Shown here in pieces: positions 25,869-37,240 of a stretch of DNA of 64,000 nt. Source of the DNA: Chrysomallon squamiferum (Eukaryota; Animalia; Mollusca); assembly GCA_012295275.1 (NCBI GenBank), contig CM022670.1:6200001-6264000 (forward strand), written 5' to 3'. A program made the translations under genes and the position numbers. Position 1 is the stretch's first letter. The number at the start of each line of letters is the position of its first letter. Under the pieces are notes generated by a model. That model had not been told where the DNA came from and made no database searches. It saw nothing but the letters and a program-made list of their open reading frames with translations.

Positions 25869-26539
25869 TAAATAATAATAATAATAATATAAATCATGAT
25901 TTTGAAGAAGATGATAATAATAATAGTAATTAAATAATTATATTTCTTTTGATCTGAACGTAGGTAGAAATCTATAGATATATGTTTTCAGATGAGTAGA
26001 TTGCAGTGTAAAATTACTATATTTAATCCATAAAGCAATAAATCCATAACTTATCGATTTTGATCATTATATCAAAAAGAAATTGAAATAAATTATTATT
26101 ACGGTTATATGAGAAAAAAATAATTCATTTTGTTTTTCACTTCAAAACGATAAAATGTGACCTCTAAAATTAACACTTTAACTGCAAAACGTTCTTATTT
26201 TATTATTTCTAATGTTAAAAAAACTTTATTTTGTTAGAAGTAAATATTATAGATATTTTTAGCAAGCTGATTTCGTAAGTTTAAAATATCGGCATAAATG
26301 TGACTTATTGTAACGGTTTCATAAATATCAGTTACATTCATCACTTTATATCAAAGAAGGATTACTTAAATTATAATCTTTATTAGGGTACGAATTTATT
26401 TATGTATTAATTTTTTTTTTTTTTTTTTTTAATAAGGAAAGTTACTAAATTTGTATGTTATTAAATTATTATTATTGTTGTTGTTGTTGATGATGCTTTT
26501 GCTGCTTTGCTTCTGTGTTAGTGTCATTATTGCTACTGC

Positions 26540-26593
<54 letters not shown>

Positions 26594-27447
26594 TAATAAT
26601 ATTATTATTACATAAGAAATATTTTCTGCTTTTACTATTTATGACGATTTTATATTAGAATGAACAAAACACTTTTGTATAAAATTAAATGCAAAATCCT
26701 TATAAATGTATTTGTATATAAAATTAAATTAAATACTTAAAAAAAAAACCCCACATAAATATATGCATTCAATGTAATAATTTGAACTGTATAACAAAAT
26801 TTAAATTCAAAATAATTATTATGCATAAAGTATAAATCTGATTCAAAATAAATAAAAACAAAGTGAAAATTCACGAATAACTAAACAAAGGAACCTATAA
26901 TAAATAGATAAATAAATAAACAAATAAATAAATAAATACATGAACACACATTTTTTTTTTTTTTTTTACAAAATCAACAAAGAAAATTCTCACATACTCA
27001 CGCTGTATATACATAAACATTTATGACGTCAGATCATTGTTTTTGTTCGTAATAGATCGAGTTTGAAACAAACAAACAAAAAAAAAAAAAAAAAAAAAAA
27101 ATAAAAAATAAAAATCCGCGGTAAAACAACATCCACTAATTCCCGCCATCGAGACAGATGACAGTCATTTTATTTTTAAAACGTTTCTACTTGAGTCACA
27201 TTTTCCGCGCTTTTTCAGTTATTCCTGAGAAACTGTTTATTTATCTTTATCGTTTCTCCTATCTAATTCACCCAATACGACAACCATGTGTTCGAAATGA
27301 AAGTATCTTGGAGTAAAGAGCAGTTCAGAGGACCACACGTTCATGGACCTCACAGGACACATCCATAAACAATATGTCACTTTTATGTCATATCCACGAA
27401 TCATGTTACACGAACTTGAACCCTATGACACATATACGAGCTACAAG

Positions 27448-27485
<38 letters not shown>

Positions 27486-27494
27486 TTCAGATTA

Positions 27495-28130
27495 TGTGTG
27501 CTACAACAGCTGTATAACATCAGCTGCATTTCAGAGTATTTGCTACATCAGCTGTATTTCAGATTGTGTGCGCCAAGGCAGCTGTATAATAAATTATTTC
27601 AGAGTCATTTTAAAATTTAAATTCACGCTTTATATGTATTCAAATGTCATTGAATAGCTGTATTTAATATTTTATATGTCATAAAACAGCAGCATTTCAA
27701 ATGTTTATTGGGTCAAATTATAATGTAATCCACACTTTATACGTATCTTTTCTGTTGTCACAGTGTAGCTGTATATCGGATTATGCGACAGAATAGCTGT
27801 ATGCCCGACTATTAAACCAATACAGCAGACTGTATATGTCACAAATACAGCTGTATAGCAGATTGTATATTATGTCACCAATACAGCCGTATGCCAGATT
27901 GTATGTGTCACCAATACAGCTGAATGTCAGACTGTGTCACTGATACAGCTGTATGCCAGATTGTATGTGTCACCGATACAGCTCTGTATGCCAGAGTGTA
28001 TGTGCCATCAATACAGCTGTATGTCAGACTATGTCACCGATACAGCTGTATGCTAGATTGCATGTGTCACAATGCAGCTGTATGCCAGTCTGTATGTACC
28101 AGTACAGCTGTTTATCTGATTATACTGCAG
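27495..28130. repeat. Degenerate ~30-35-bp tandem repeat with palindromic core ATACAGCTGTAT
   Basis: Units such as tgtcaccaatacagctgtatgccagattgta; 11 exact CAGCTG plus several TAGCTG/CAGCCG variants. Confidence 0.85.
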
Positions 28131-28379
28131 TATATAAATCTCGTGTCCCGATAAGAATATTTATCAGAATTCATGTGTCACACTCTATCTGTAAATCAGA
28201 ATTTCTAAGCCACAGTTCCAGATTTCGTTTGTCGTATATATCCTTTAATATTAACAACTCAGACGACTTTTGTCACTCACGTATCCGTTATCATTTCAAT
28301 TGTATATCCGTCATACTGGATGCTAGATGATTCCTGTCGTAAAACACATACACTATACTGATGTAATAAAATAATAAGG

Positions 28380-28615
28380 TAGTTGTAAAATGGATGACGT
28401 ATGTCACAATAATGTGTAAAACAGACGGTAAATGAAGTGGTTGTAAAAAGTATGTCCTGTGTCGCAGTTCACTTTGTACAACAGATGACATATGTCGCAG
28501 CCCAGATTATGCTGTCAGTTGTAAAACAGATGACACGTATCACACTATACTTTGTAAAACATGACATATGTCAGAACCAAGTTTATGTAGTAAAACAGAT
28601 GACACGTAATGTGTA
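28380..28615. repeat. Degenerate tandem repeat (gtaaaacagatgacacgt/atatgtc) just past the Pou4 stop codon
   Basis: ~7 related units; AACAGATGACA occurs three times exactly. Confidence 0.7.
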
Positions 28616-28650
28616 AATCATTCGATACTGTGAACAGGTCTTGCTGACAA

Positions 28651-29559
28651 TCAGTGATGCACCATTCCACCGGCCGCTGCCGAAAATTTCATCCTTTTCT
28701 GTTTTTGCCTCTGATTACAGAACCACACCCTGACCACGTTTTTCTTTAAGTCGAGTTTTTCAGCGATTTGTGCTATTTTTTCACCAGAGGGTCTCGGCTG
28801 CACGGCGAAGTAAGCTTCCAAGGATCGTTTCTCTGGCGCGGCGATAGAAGTCCGTTTTCGTTTTTTGTCCCCGTGCGCCATCATCTCTGCGTCTGCTTTC
28901 CTGTCCCTGGCCGCCTTCTCCTCCTCCTCGAGCCACGCCTGCAGGATGGGCTTGAGTGCGATCATGTTGTTGTGACTGAGAGTGAGGGACTCGAACCTGC
29001 AGATCGTGCTCTGGCTGAGGGAACCCACGCCAGGAATCTTCAAGTTGGCCAAAGCTGAGCCCACGTCAGCCTGTGTAACACCCAGCTTTATTCTCCTCTG
29101 CTTGAAGCGCTCAGCAAACGCCTCGAGCTCCCGAGGGTCACAGTCCGTGTCCGGCACTTGGTGCATTGCCGCGTGGTGGGCGGCGAAGCTAGGGTGATTT
29201 CCCATCGTGTTCGGGTGGCTGTACACGGGTGGGTACATCTGATGGGTGTGTCCGTGGCCGCTGGTCATGTTGTTGTGATTGTCGTTCATGGACATCGTTG
29301 TCATGGGTCCAAGAGACATGGGTACGCTACCGGTCAGCTGGTCAAGCATGGAGTCGGATGGCGCAAACGGTCCACCATGGGCGTGCATGGTCATCTGCTG
29401 GCGGGTACTGGCCATCTGATGAGGGGTCAGATCTGGGGTGTGGCCATACAGCCCGTCCGGCTTCATCAGCTGGGCGGACGGACCCTTGGGTAGGTCCACG
29501 GCAGCCAGAGCCTCAGCGCGCGCCAACAAGCCATCGTCCAGAGTCCCGAAGAAGTTACC
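28651..29559 (-). CDS. POU4: Pou4 exon 2 (GNFFGTLDDGLLARAEALAAVDL...MKFSAAAGGMVHH*)
   Basis: Acceptor ttcatcttgcag ending at 29560, with branch-point-like CTGAC at 29590-29586; 909 nt to TGA. Confidence 0.96.
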   Translation of the reverse strand, partial: GNFFGTLDDGLLARAEALAAVDLPKGPSAQLMKPDGLYGHTPDLTPHQMASTRQQMTMHAHGGPFAPSDSMLDQLTGSVPMSLGPMTTMSMNDNHNNMTSGHGHTHQMYPPVYSHPNTMGNHPSFAAHHAAMHQVPDTDCDPRELEAFAERFKQRRIKLGVTQADVGSALANLKIPGVGSLSQSTICRFESLTLSHNNMIALKPILQAWLEEEEKAARDRKADAEMMAHGDKKRKRTSIAAPEKRSLEAYFAVQPRPSGEKIAQIAEKLDLKKNVVRVWFCNQRQKQKRMKFSAAAGGMVHH

Positions 29560-29985
29560 CTGCAAGATGAAGTGAAAACGTGTAAGTCAGACAAAAACAT
29601 AGAAAAATGTGCTTGGCAAAAACATCTATCACCCAGCCTCATCAATAATACGTGCAGACGCTGGCCGCCAGGTGCGTTCGTCCTTAAATACTCGCGTCAC
29701 GTTTCCTTTTCGAAGATAAACTAACTTCATAAAATATGAAACATGGCAAATAATGACTATTCTCCGGCGGGAACAGAATAGCTAATAAAGGTGATTGAAA
29801 AGCCACAGCGCCGACTGGTGACACTTATTAAAACGACGGCTACATACCGACGAGTTGCTCATGCACCTGAGGCGGTGGTCCGGGGGGCGGTACGAGGGTG
29901 AGTACCGAGAAGGAGGCTGGGCGCAGCCAGGATTCAGGGAGGGAATCAGCCCCACGCCCGATTGCTTGACGCTCATCTGCCGCAT
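28651..29985 (-). CDS. POU4: POU domain class 4 transcription factor (Pou4/Brn3/acj6/unc-86 orthologue), two exons, ~348 aa
   Basis: POU-IV box LLARAEALAAVD; POU-specific domain DPRELEAFAERFKQRRIKLGVTQADVGSALANLKIPGVGSLSQSTICRFESLTLSHNNMIALKPILQAWLEE; homeodomain KKRKRTSIAAPEKRSLEAYFAVQPRPSGEKIAQIAEKLDLKKNVVRVWFCNQRQKQKR. Confidence 0.98.
29848..29985 (-). CDS. POU4: Pou4 exon 1 coding part (MRQMSVKQ...SRYSPSYRPPDHRLRCMSNSS)
   Basis: RYSPSYR...RCM.N.S matches the acj6-type N-terminal motif; phase-0 donor gtatgt at 29847; the start may be the ATG at 29985 or 29976. Confidence 0.88.
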
Positions 29986-30074
29986 ACACCGACTGAAAGT
30001 CGACTGACTGGCCGAGCTAGCAGACGACACTTGAAGTGAAGCAGCAGATATCGACTTGAGTGGTTGATCGTACT

Positions 30075-30131
30075 TTACGGGGAAAATGCCGCCGCCCAGC
30101 AAGAACGGAATATTGTCTGCATTGTACTCAT
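30075..30131 (-). other. Upstream ORF (MSTMQTIFRSCWAAAFSP*) in the presumed Pou4 5' leader
   Basis: ATG at 30131 (second ATG at 30122), TAA at 30077-30075; out of frame with the main ORF. Confidence 0.4.
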
Positions 30132-30930
30132 TTGAATATCACCGCACCTGTTCCGTACACGCTGGTCACGTGGTCGTTACAGCACGCATGCTCAACAAGA
30201 AGAAGAAGATGAAGAAGGAAGAAAAAAAAAAAAAAAAAATTAAGAATGATAAACAGAAAAATTTTATTAGGGAAATTAGGACTGAATAGATGTTAAAATG
30301 ATTGAACAGATCAATTGACAGAAACGTACAGGGTATTTTCTCTCTTGATTGTGTTTAAATATTTGATGACCGCTGGAGAGATAAGCTCGCTAGCTTACGA
30401 TGGAGGGTTGTATAACAGTAAAACGAACTGGCGTGATGGACGGTAGACATGGCGTTCAGGTTATGATTAATTAATGTGTGAACGCTGTGAGTATGAATGA
30501 AAAAGATGAATGGCTAAATTAGAAAGTTTATTTCTCAGTGAGCGAAACTGTCTAATCATTAACAGCTTCGAGCAGGCGACGAAGTAAAATTAAAATTTAA
30601 AAAATTCCTTTTTCTTAATTTACCCTGAAAATATTTTAAATTAATTTCATTTTTGTTTTTAAATTATTTATCCTAATTATAAAGCAACACTGTTGCTGCT
30701 GCTACTACTACTACTACTACTGCTACTGCTACTACTACTACTACTACTACTATTACTACCACAACTACTACTACTACTACTGATGATGATGATAATGTTA
30801 ACAGGAGAAGAAAAAATCGAAGAAGAAAATAAAAAGAGTAGAGAATAAACAAAGAAAAACAAATCAATACCAAATAAATTTGAAATGAAACAAAAATTTA
30901 AAGTTCAGTAGTAGTAGTAGTAGCAGCAGC

Positions 30931-30984
<54 letters not shown>

Positions 30985-31733
30985 TAATAATAATAACAAG
31001 CAGAAGAAGAAGAAGAAGAAGAAGAAGAAGAAGAAATCACTAACAAAACTAAATGTTGTGACGAATGGTAAAATTTCTAAAATATTCTTTGTTCTGTTTA
31101 TATATTCACAAATATGCAATCAGTCTGAGAAATAATAATGATAATAATAATAATAATAATAACAATAATAATAATAATAATAACAACAACAACAACAATA
31201 ACAATGATAACAACTGCTAGTACTGATGTAACAGTAACAAAGAATATCATGTATACATGCATATATAAATTAGAGAAGGAAAGAATGAAGCATTTTCTTT
31301 AATTATATTTTAAAATATTAATTATTGCTTGTTGTAAGACTGAATAGTAATAAAGAAGATTATTTTATAAATTGCAATGTAAACATTTGACAGATGAAAT
31401 TAATTAAACAATTTGTCAGATTAAAACATTTGTTGTTGCTAATATTGCAGATGGTTCGTTATTTAAATGTAAATAGATATAACAGTGAAGCTGTCACTGA
31501 CAATCAGTTTATAAAGAACTCTGCAGGCAAGACTACACGAAATCTTATTTATAGGATTTTAAATAAAGAATATGGTTAGTGACATCCTATCATTATCTTA
31601 TCAGGGGAGTGAACTGTGACTAAGATTTAATCCGGTAATAACAGCAGCGGTGCACGTCATTAAAAACCAGTGTAGTGACCTTTGTTGCAGCGTTGAAGCC
31701 TAAACACCGCTAGATTAATCCGCGCTTCAGTGT

Positions 31734-32399
31734 AATCCTTTCATCAGAAATAATGTTGGTTGTTAGTATAGAAACAATGTTAAAATGACATGCTAACTAA
31801 AAATAGAATAATTATGTTTGTTTTTAACTGTTGTAATTATTTTAGATCTTGAAGAAAAATGGGAAAAACATAAAATAAATTAATAATAAAATAAACAGAA
31901 AATTATAACAGGAAGAGAATGATGGAAAGAGGGGAAGTGACAGAGAAAGAGAGGGAAAAAATATGACAGACACACAGTCTGATAGACAGACGAACAGAAT
32001 AATGGCAACAGAGAGAAAGAGAAAATGAGAGATAACAACAATTATTTATCATTGTTTATTTATTCAAAAAATTGAAGTTATTAATATAAATAATGTTTAC
32101 TTTTACTTAAACTGCACTAAAATATGAAAAGTCGCGCACACACACAAACTCCAAAACAACAGTGCATTACTAGATAAATAAAATTCAGTAATTTGATATC
32201 TTTATTTTTGAAAATATTTTTTTTGTTTACACGCTGACAACGTTTATGTATGGTATGTGAAGAATTGCAGGAATTTTGCTTCAAGATCTAAAATAATTAC
32301 AATAGTTAAAAACAAACATAATTAATCTATTTTTAGTTAGCATGTCATTTTAACATTGTTTCTATACTAACAACCAACATTATTTCTGATGAAAGGATT
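31734..32399. repeat. Near-perfect 121-bp inverted repeat pair (31734-31854 / 32279-32399) around a 424-bp spacer; MITE-like or inverted duplication
   Basis: The arms are reverse complements with 2 mismatches by manual alignment; no target-site duplication seen. Confidence 0.9.
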
Positions 32400-32579
32400 C
32401 TGGTTCATTCTTCTTCTAAACAAAGATCTCAAAATTTTTATTTTCGTTTTTTGTTATTTCACGTCGTTCTGAATTTTCTTTTGTTTCGAGTAAAGAAACT
32501 ATTTAATAGTTTCTAGAACAACGAGTTGAATTAATCTGTTAAATGAACATTTACAGTTTATTAATTAATTAAACTATTC

Positions 32580-32611
<32 letters not shown>

Positions 32612-32877
32612 AAGAAATAGTGAAAGAAATCATTAGAAAAAACCATTATTTTTTCACACTCACACACACGCATACACATAAATTTATATTTTATTTATGT
32701 AATTGTTTAATTATCAATTTATTCATTTATTTAAAAACAGATAGAAATAATAATTAAAAAATGTCCAAATGAAGACAACAGGTAATACAATAGTAGTATT
32801 TAAAGTACAACTGGCACGTAACATTTTCTTGGTTTTTAATAACTGAAAGAGTATCGAAATATTTATTTATTTATTGT

Positions 32878-32920
<43 letters not shown>

Positions 32921-33230
32921 TTATTTATTAATTTATTTATTCTTACGTTTATTTGTTTATTTATTTATTACAAATAATAAGTATTTAATGTGCAACAAAC
33001 TACATAAATAATTTTTCAAAATGTCAAAACTACTGATCGCATTTCGACTCTAGACTACATCACAGTTTCAGGTTTGCTGTTCACTGATTGCAATAATAAA
33101 AACAACAGTAGAGTTTTCTTTATGAGTATTTTAACACTTTCACTGATTTATTTATCCAATTTATTTTTTTCTGATAAACATTTGTAAAGTTTGATTTCAA
33201 TTAAGGTTATACATTTTTTTTTAAATAAAA

Positions 33231-33329
<99 letters not shown>

Positions 33330-33766
33330 TGATAACAATAAATAAAAAATAAAAAATAAAATTTTAAAAAAATTCTATATTTTCAATCATATATATATTT
33401 TGGTATGTGTTTTACCATTAAAAATCTCAAACATAAAATGTACAAATATTAACAGGAAACAAAACAAATATTAAATAAAAAATACAAAAATTAAATGAAG
33501 GTATAAAACAGTTGAATACTAGAAATGAATAAAGAAAGAAAGAATAAATAAAACTGCAGCTTTATTACATTTTAATTTATTTTCAGGATAGAAACTTTAA
33601 TCTCAGTGTTACTGAAGTGTATTCTGTGAGTTCGATTTGACTAATCCGTGTTATTGAAACTTTTTTCTTTTTGTATTTTGAAATAATAAGCTCCAAGTAA
33701 ACAACACAAGCCGAAACTATCAATAACTTGTGCCTGTATTAAGTTAACATTGTATCAGTGTATCAG

Positions 33767-33810
<44 letters not shown>

Positions 33811-33849
33811 GAAGAAAAAGATAAAAAAAATAAAACGAGAGTAAAGTTT

Positions 33850-34550
33850 TAAATCCCTTGGGAACATCAACCAATCAGAGCGCGCGAATAACGTCATTAC
33901 GGAAAACGACGTCACTGGGTTTTCATACAAACTGCACGTGCATCTCACGGGCTTTGATACAGTTTAATGTGAAAACCTGATGTAGGTTTTGCACACGGTG
34001 AAAAGAAGAATATTGGTGAACATATGGAATGAAACAAACCGTTATTGTTTCTAAAGAAAATCTAACTATACGACAGCGCACTAATACTGCACGCGCACTA
34101 CGCAGGTCGCGTGACTGGCAGCATTTCTAGTCATGGATGAGAAATTTGTATAGAAATGGAGAAGAGAGAGGGAGAGATAGAAAAAAAAAAAAAAAACATT
34201 TCATCTGTCTCCAGTAAATCAGCAAACTAATTAATTCCCTCCACATATGTAGCCAATTACAGAATTGGGTTGCACGTCCTAACGTTTATTGTTTATCCGC
34301 CAATCACGTTATTTCTCGCATTTCTTTCCAGCAGAACGAGACTAGGCGATTGGGCGAAGGGAAACCTTTTGTAAAATTATAATTCAATTCAAATGTCAGT
34401 GAACTAGTCCCACAGGAGCCTAAGACATTTCGTAAATGAGGTGTCGGCCTCTAGAGAGAGAGCTCCCAAATGTCATCTTCGGTCCTGTCGTCTGCTCACA
34501 AACCACTTCCTAATGTCAAAGGTCAAACAACTCGGTGTTGTAATTCAAAG
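33850..34550. promoter_or_regulatory. Promoter/enhancer-like island ~4 kb upstream of Pou4
   Basis: TCCCTTGGGA (COE) at 33854-33863, CCAAT boxes (33871, 34299, ATTGG at 34349), CRE-like GACGTCA at 33908, CACGTG and two CACGCG; CpG-rich relative to flanks. Confidence 0.55.
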
Positions 34551-34596
34551 AAAACACCAGTCTATTTTTGAATGTTGAACGTTTCACTTTAATAAT

Positions 34597-34641
<45 letters not shown>

Positions 34642-35405
34642 TAATTGAAAGTTAAACAAAAAAGAGATATAATTAATAATGATTAGTTGAACGATGAAAA
34701 AGGAAAATAAATGATTAATTGTTTATAAAATAGTTTAATTTTACGGTATAATTGTTGATTTTTAAAACAATCAGATAAAGAACATTTTTTCAAAGTATTA
34801 CAGGAATTTTCAACATGATGGTTCTGTTTTGTCAGTATTATGCTAAAATTTTGTTAATTCAACAAAATTGGAATGAACAGACAAAAATAAGAATATGTCA
34901 TAAATAAAGCAAACAGAAAATTATTATTTCTGTTGTTTTCTGTTACGATTATCGAATGTAAAACTTCTGCTTAAAACAACAGTAAAAAAAAAAAAAAAAA
35001 AAAGATAAAAAAAAAGAAAGAAGAAGATAAAAAAAGAAAGAAGATAAAAAAGAAAGAAAGAAGAAGATAAAGAAAGAAAATAAAAACAAACAGATAAAAG
35101 TTTATAGATAAATAAATAAATAAATAATAAAAAAATAATAATAATACCCCCCAAAAAACAAAAAACAAAACAAAACATACAAACAAGAAGATATTTTAAC
35201 ATAGAACTTATGTTGTTAATAATTATTATTTATCATTATTAAACAAAGATATGATTAAATTTACAATCTTAATGTTGCTGTATGGTTGTAGTAGTAGTAG
35301 TGGTAGTAATAGTAATAGTAGTAGTAGTTGAAGTAGTAATAGTAGTAGTAGTAGCAGCAGTAGTAGTACTGTTAGTAGTAGTAGTAGTAGTAGCAGGAGT
35401 GTTGC

Positions 35406-35455
<50 letters not shown>

Positions 35456-36299
35456 GTAAACATCATGGGAAAGGAAAAACAAAATGTTCGTTTTTATCGC
35501 CAGTGGGTTAAAATTTAATCGCTTAACAAGAAGGTACGTACCTAGGACTTTTAACAGATCACCCGCCCCAGAGCGTTAAAGAAAATATAATAATGTATTT
35601 TTAAAATTCAATTATCCTGCACTGTGATGGAGAAACTGGGTTTATAAGAAATCAGAAATCAATGTGAAACTGGCGAGTTTCTGTTCAAATATGTCTGTTT
35701 TCTTTACAGCACCTTTAAAACACAATTACACAGGTATGTGTACACTGTAATCTCAATCGACACTCAATCGATGCGCGCGCAGGCAAAGACAAAAGACAGT
35801 GGCGGGAACCACACCATCTGCACGTGACGACGCAGACGATAAACGTTTCTGGTTTGTAACGCTTATTAAATTGATTAATATATTTAATTCTTTTTGAGAA
35901 AAGTAAAAGAGAAGGAGAAATACAGTTTATAAACCGTGCGTAATCGTTACAGATGTAAATAATTATGTTTAAATAGGTAATATGTCTTTAAAACGAATTT
36001 GTTTAATGAAAATACTTGAACGAAACAGCAGATCTTAGAAACATATCAGTTACTTTGTGCTAAACAAGAGGGTTTTAAATTTCTGTTTTACCCGAATTTT
36101 TAATATAATAATAATAATATCGGAAATTAAACTTGTAGCTGAAGCGAAACCTACATTTTTACATTTCTGGAATAATGCTGTCTGCATTCAAACATTTTAA
36201 TGTCGATAATGAAACAAGTATTGGCAAACAGACTCAGAATTGGAGATAAAAGCAGCTACGTTATTTAAGGATAAAAGTATTCTAAAAAAGGGTTCAGGG

Positions 36300-37240
36300 A
36301 TATGGCACAAGTCTCTGGAGGGAGACACACGTCTGTTTAAAATCAAATAAATACGTCACTCGCTCGTTCTTTAATCTCTCAGCTTGCTCGCGAGGGGTGC
36401 GCTCTTCTCACGTGTAAAATCTGCTGGTGACAAATTCGCGCCGAATTCGAGGCAGGACTTTTGTTTGGACTTGTAACAGCGGAATGTGGAATTAGCTGGG
36501 AAGTTGTTGTTGGCGGGAGGCGAGCCCCACTTTAGAGGCCTCCATTATCGTGAAGTGTTGGGAAAGCGTGATACGTATTGAGGGAATTGATTATTGCCAT
36601 AATTGATAAAATTAATCTTACTCGGGCGGGCTTCATTCACTAATGGCTAACGAAGAGCCGTCGAGGACGCCATCGCTTCCATTGGCTTCCTCGACTCTCG
36701 GTGTCATTTACTCGAAGCAATAAAGGAAAATTTGCCAACTGCCCGAGCTGCAAGTGTGATGTCAATTCTCACTTCCCTCTCTCCTTCACACCAGCTCCCT
36801 TCCACGTCTGCCGACACCTTCCTCTCTTCTGTCACATTACAGCTGACAACGATCAGATACTCGCTTTCACTCTTATTAAATTTTCTTCCCTTCCTAGCCA
36901 AAGTGTTTTTCGTTCGCTGGCGGGGAGAGAGCGGAGGGAAGACGCTGTTGTACGGTAGCGCTGACATGGTTTGTCTCTCTCCGGCTCGCAGAAAGGGTGA
37001 ACGCTGCTACGCAAATAAAAAAAAAAAAAAAAAAACTTTCATACCTTTTCGGCGTATCCATGAGTGCCCGTATGTTGCCTGTAGCCGACGCGGTGAGGTT
37101 CTAGCGAGGTAGTGTGCACGACGCACGACACACTGTCTCTTTATACACTCTCCATTCTTATCGCATGAATATTTTAGCAGAATTTCATAAATAATAGAAC
37201 AAATCACCTTGGTTCCCAGCTCTGTCATAATGGCGTCTTC
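36300..37240. promoter_or_regulatory. One of the largest GC/CpG-rich non-coding islands upstream of Pou4 (candidate enhancer or alternative promoter)
   Basis: ~900 bp of complex GC-rich sequence without a credible ORF; TTCTCACG (CSL-type), TGGCGGG motifs, ATTGG, AATGGCG. Confidence 0.5.

Noticed and set aside
27495-28130. CRISPR-like look of the palindromic repeat array, and the Cys-rich ORFs 27924..28154 and 27953..28330
   Set aside because: The context is eukaryotic, the sequences between cores are homologous to each other rather than unique spacers, and there are no cas genes. The ORFs are translations of the repeat.
28768-29570. Four + strand ORFs (96, 71, 111, 113 aa)
   Set aside because: Antisense shadows of the GC-rich Pou4 coding exon with no recognisable domains
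36701-37228. Overlapping 73-126 aa ORFs in the large GC-rich island
   Set aside because: No recognisable homology or codon pattern, and one frame runs through a poly-A tract; better explained as regulatory DNA
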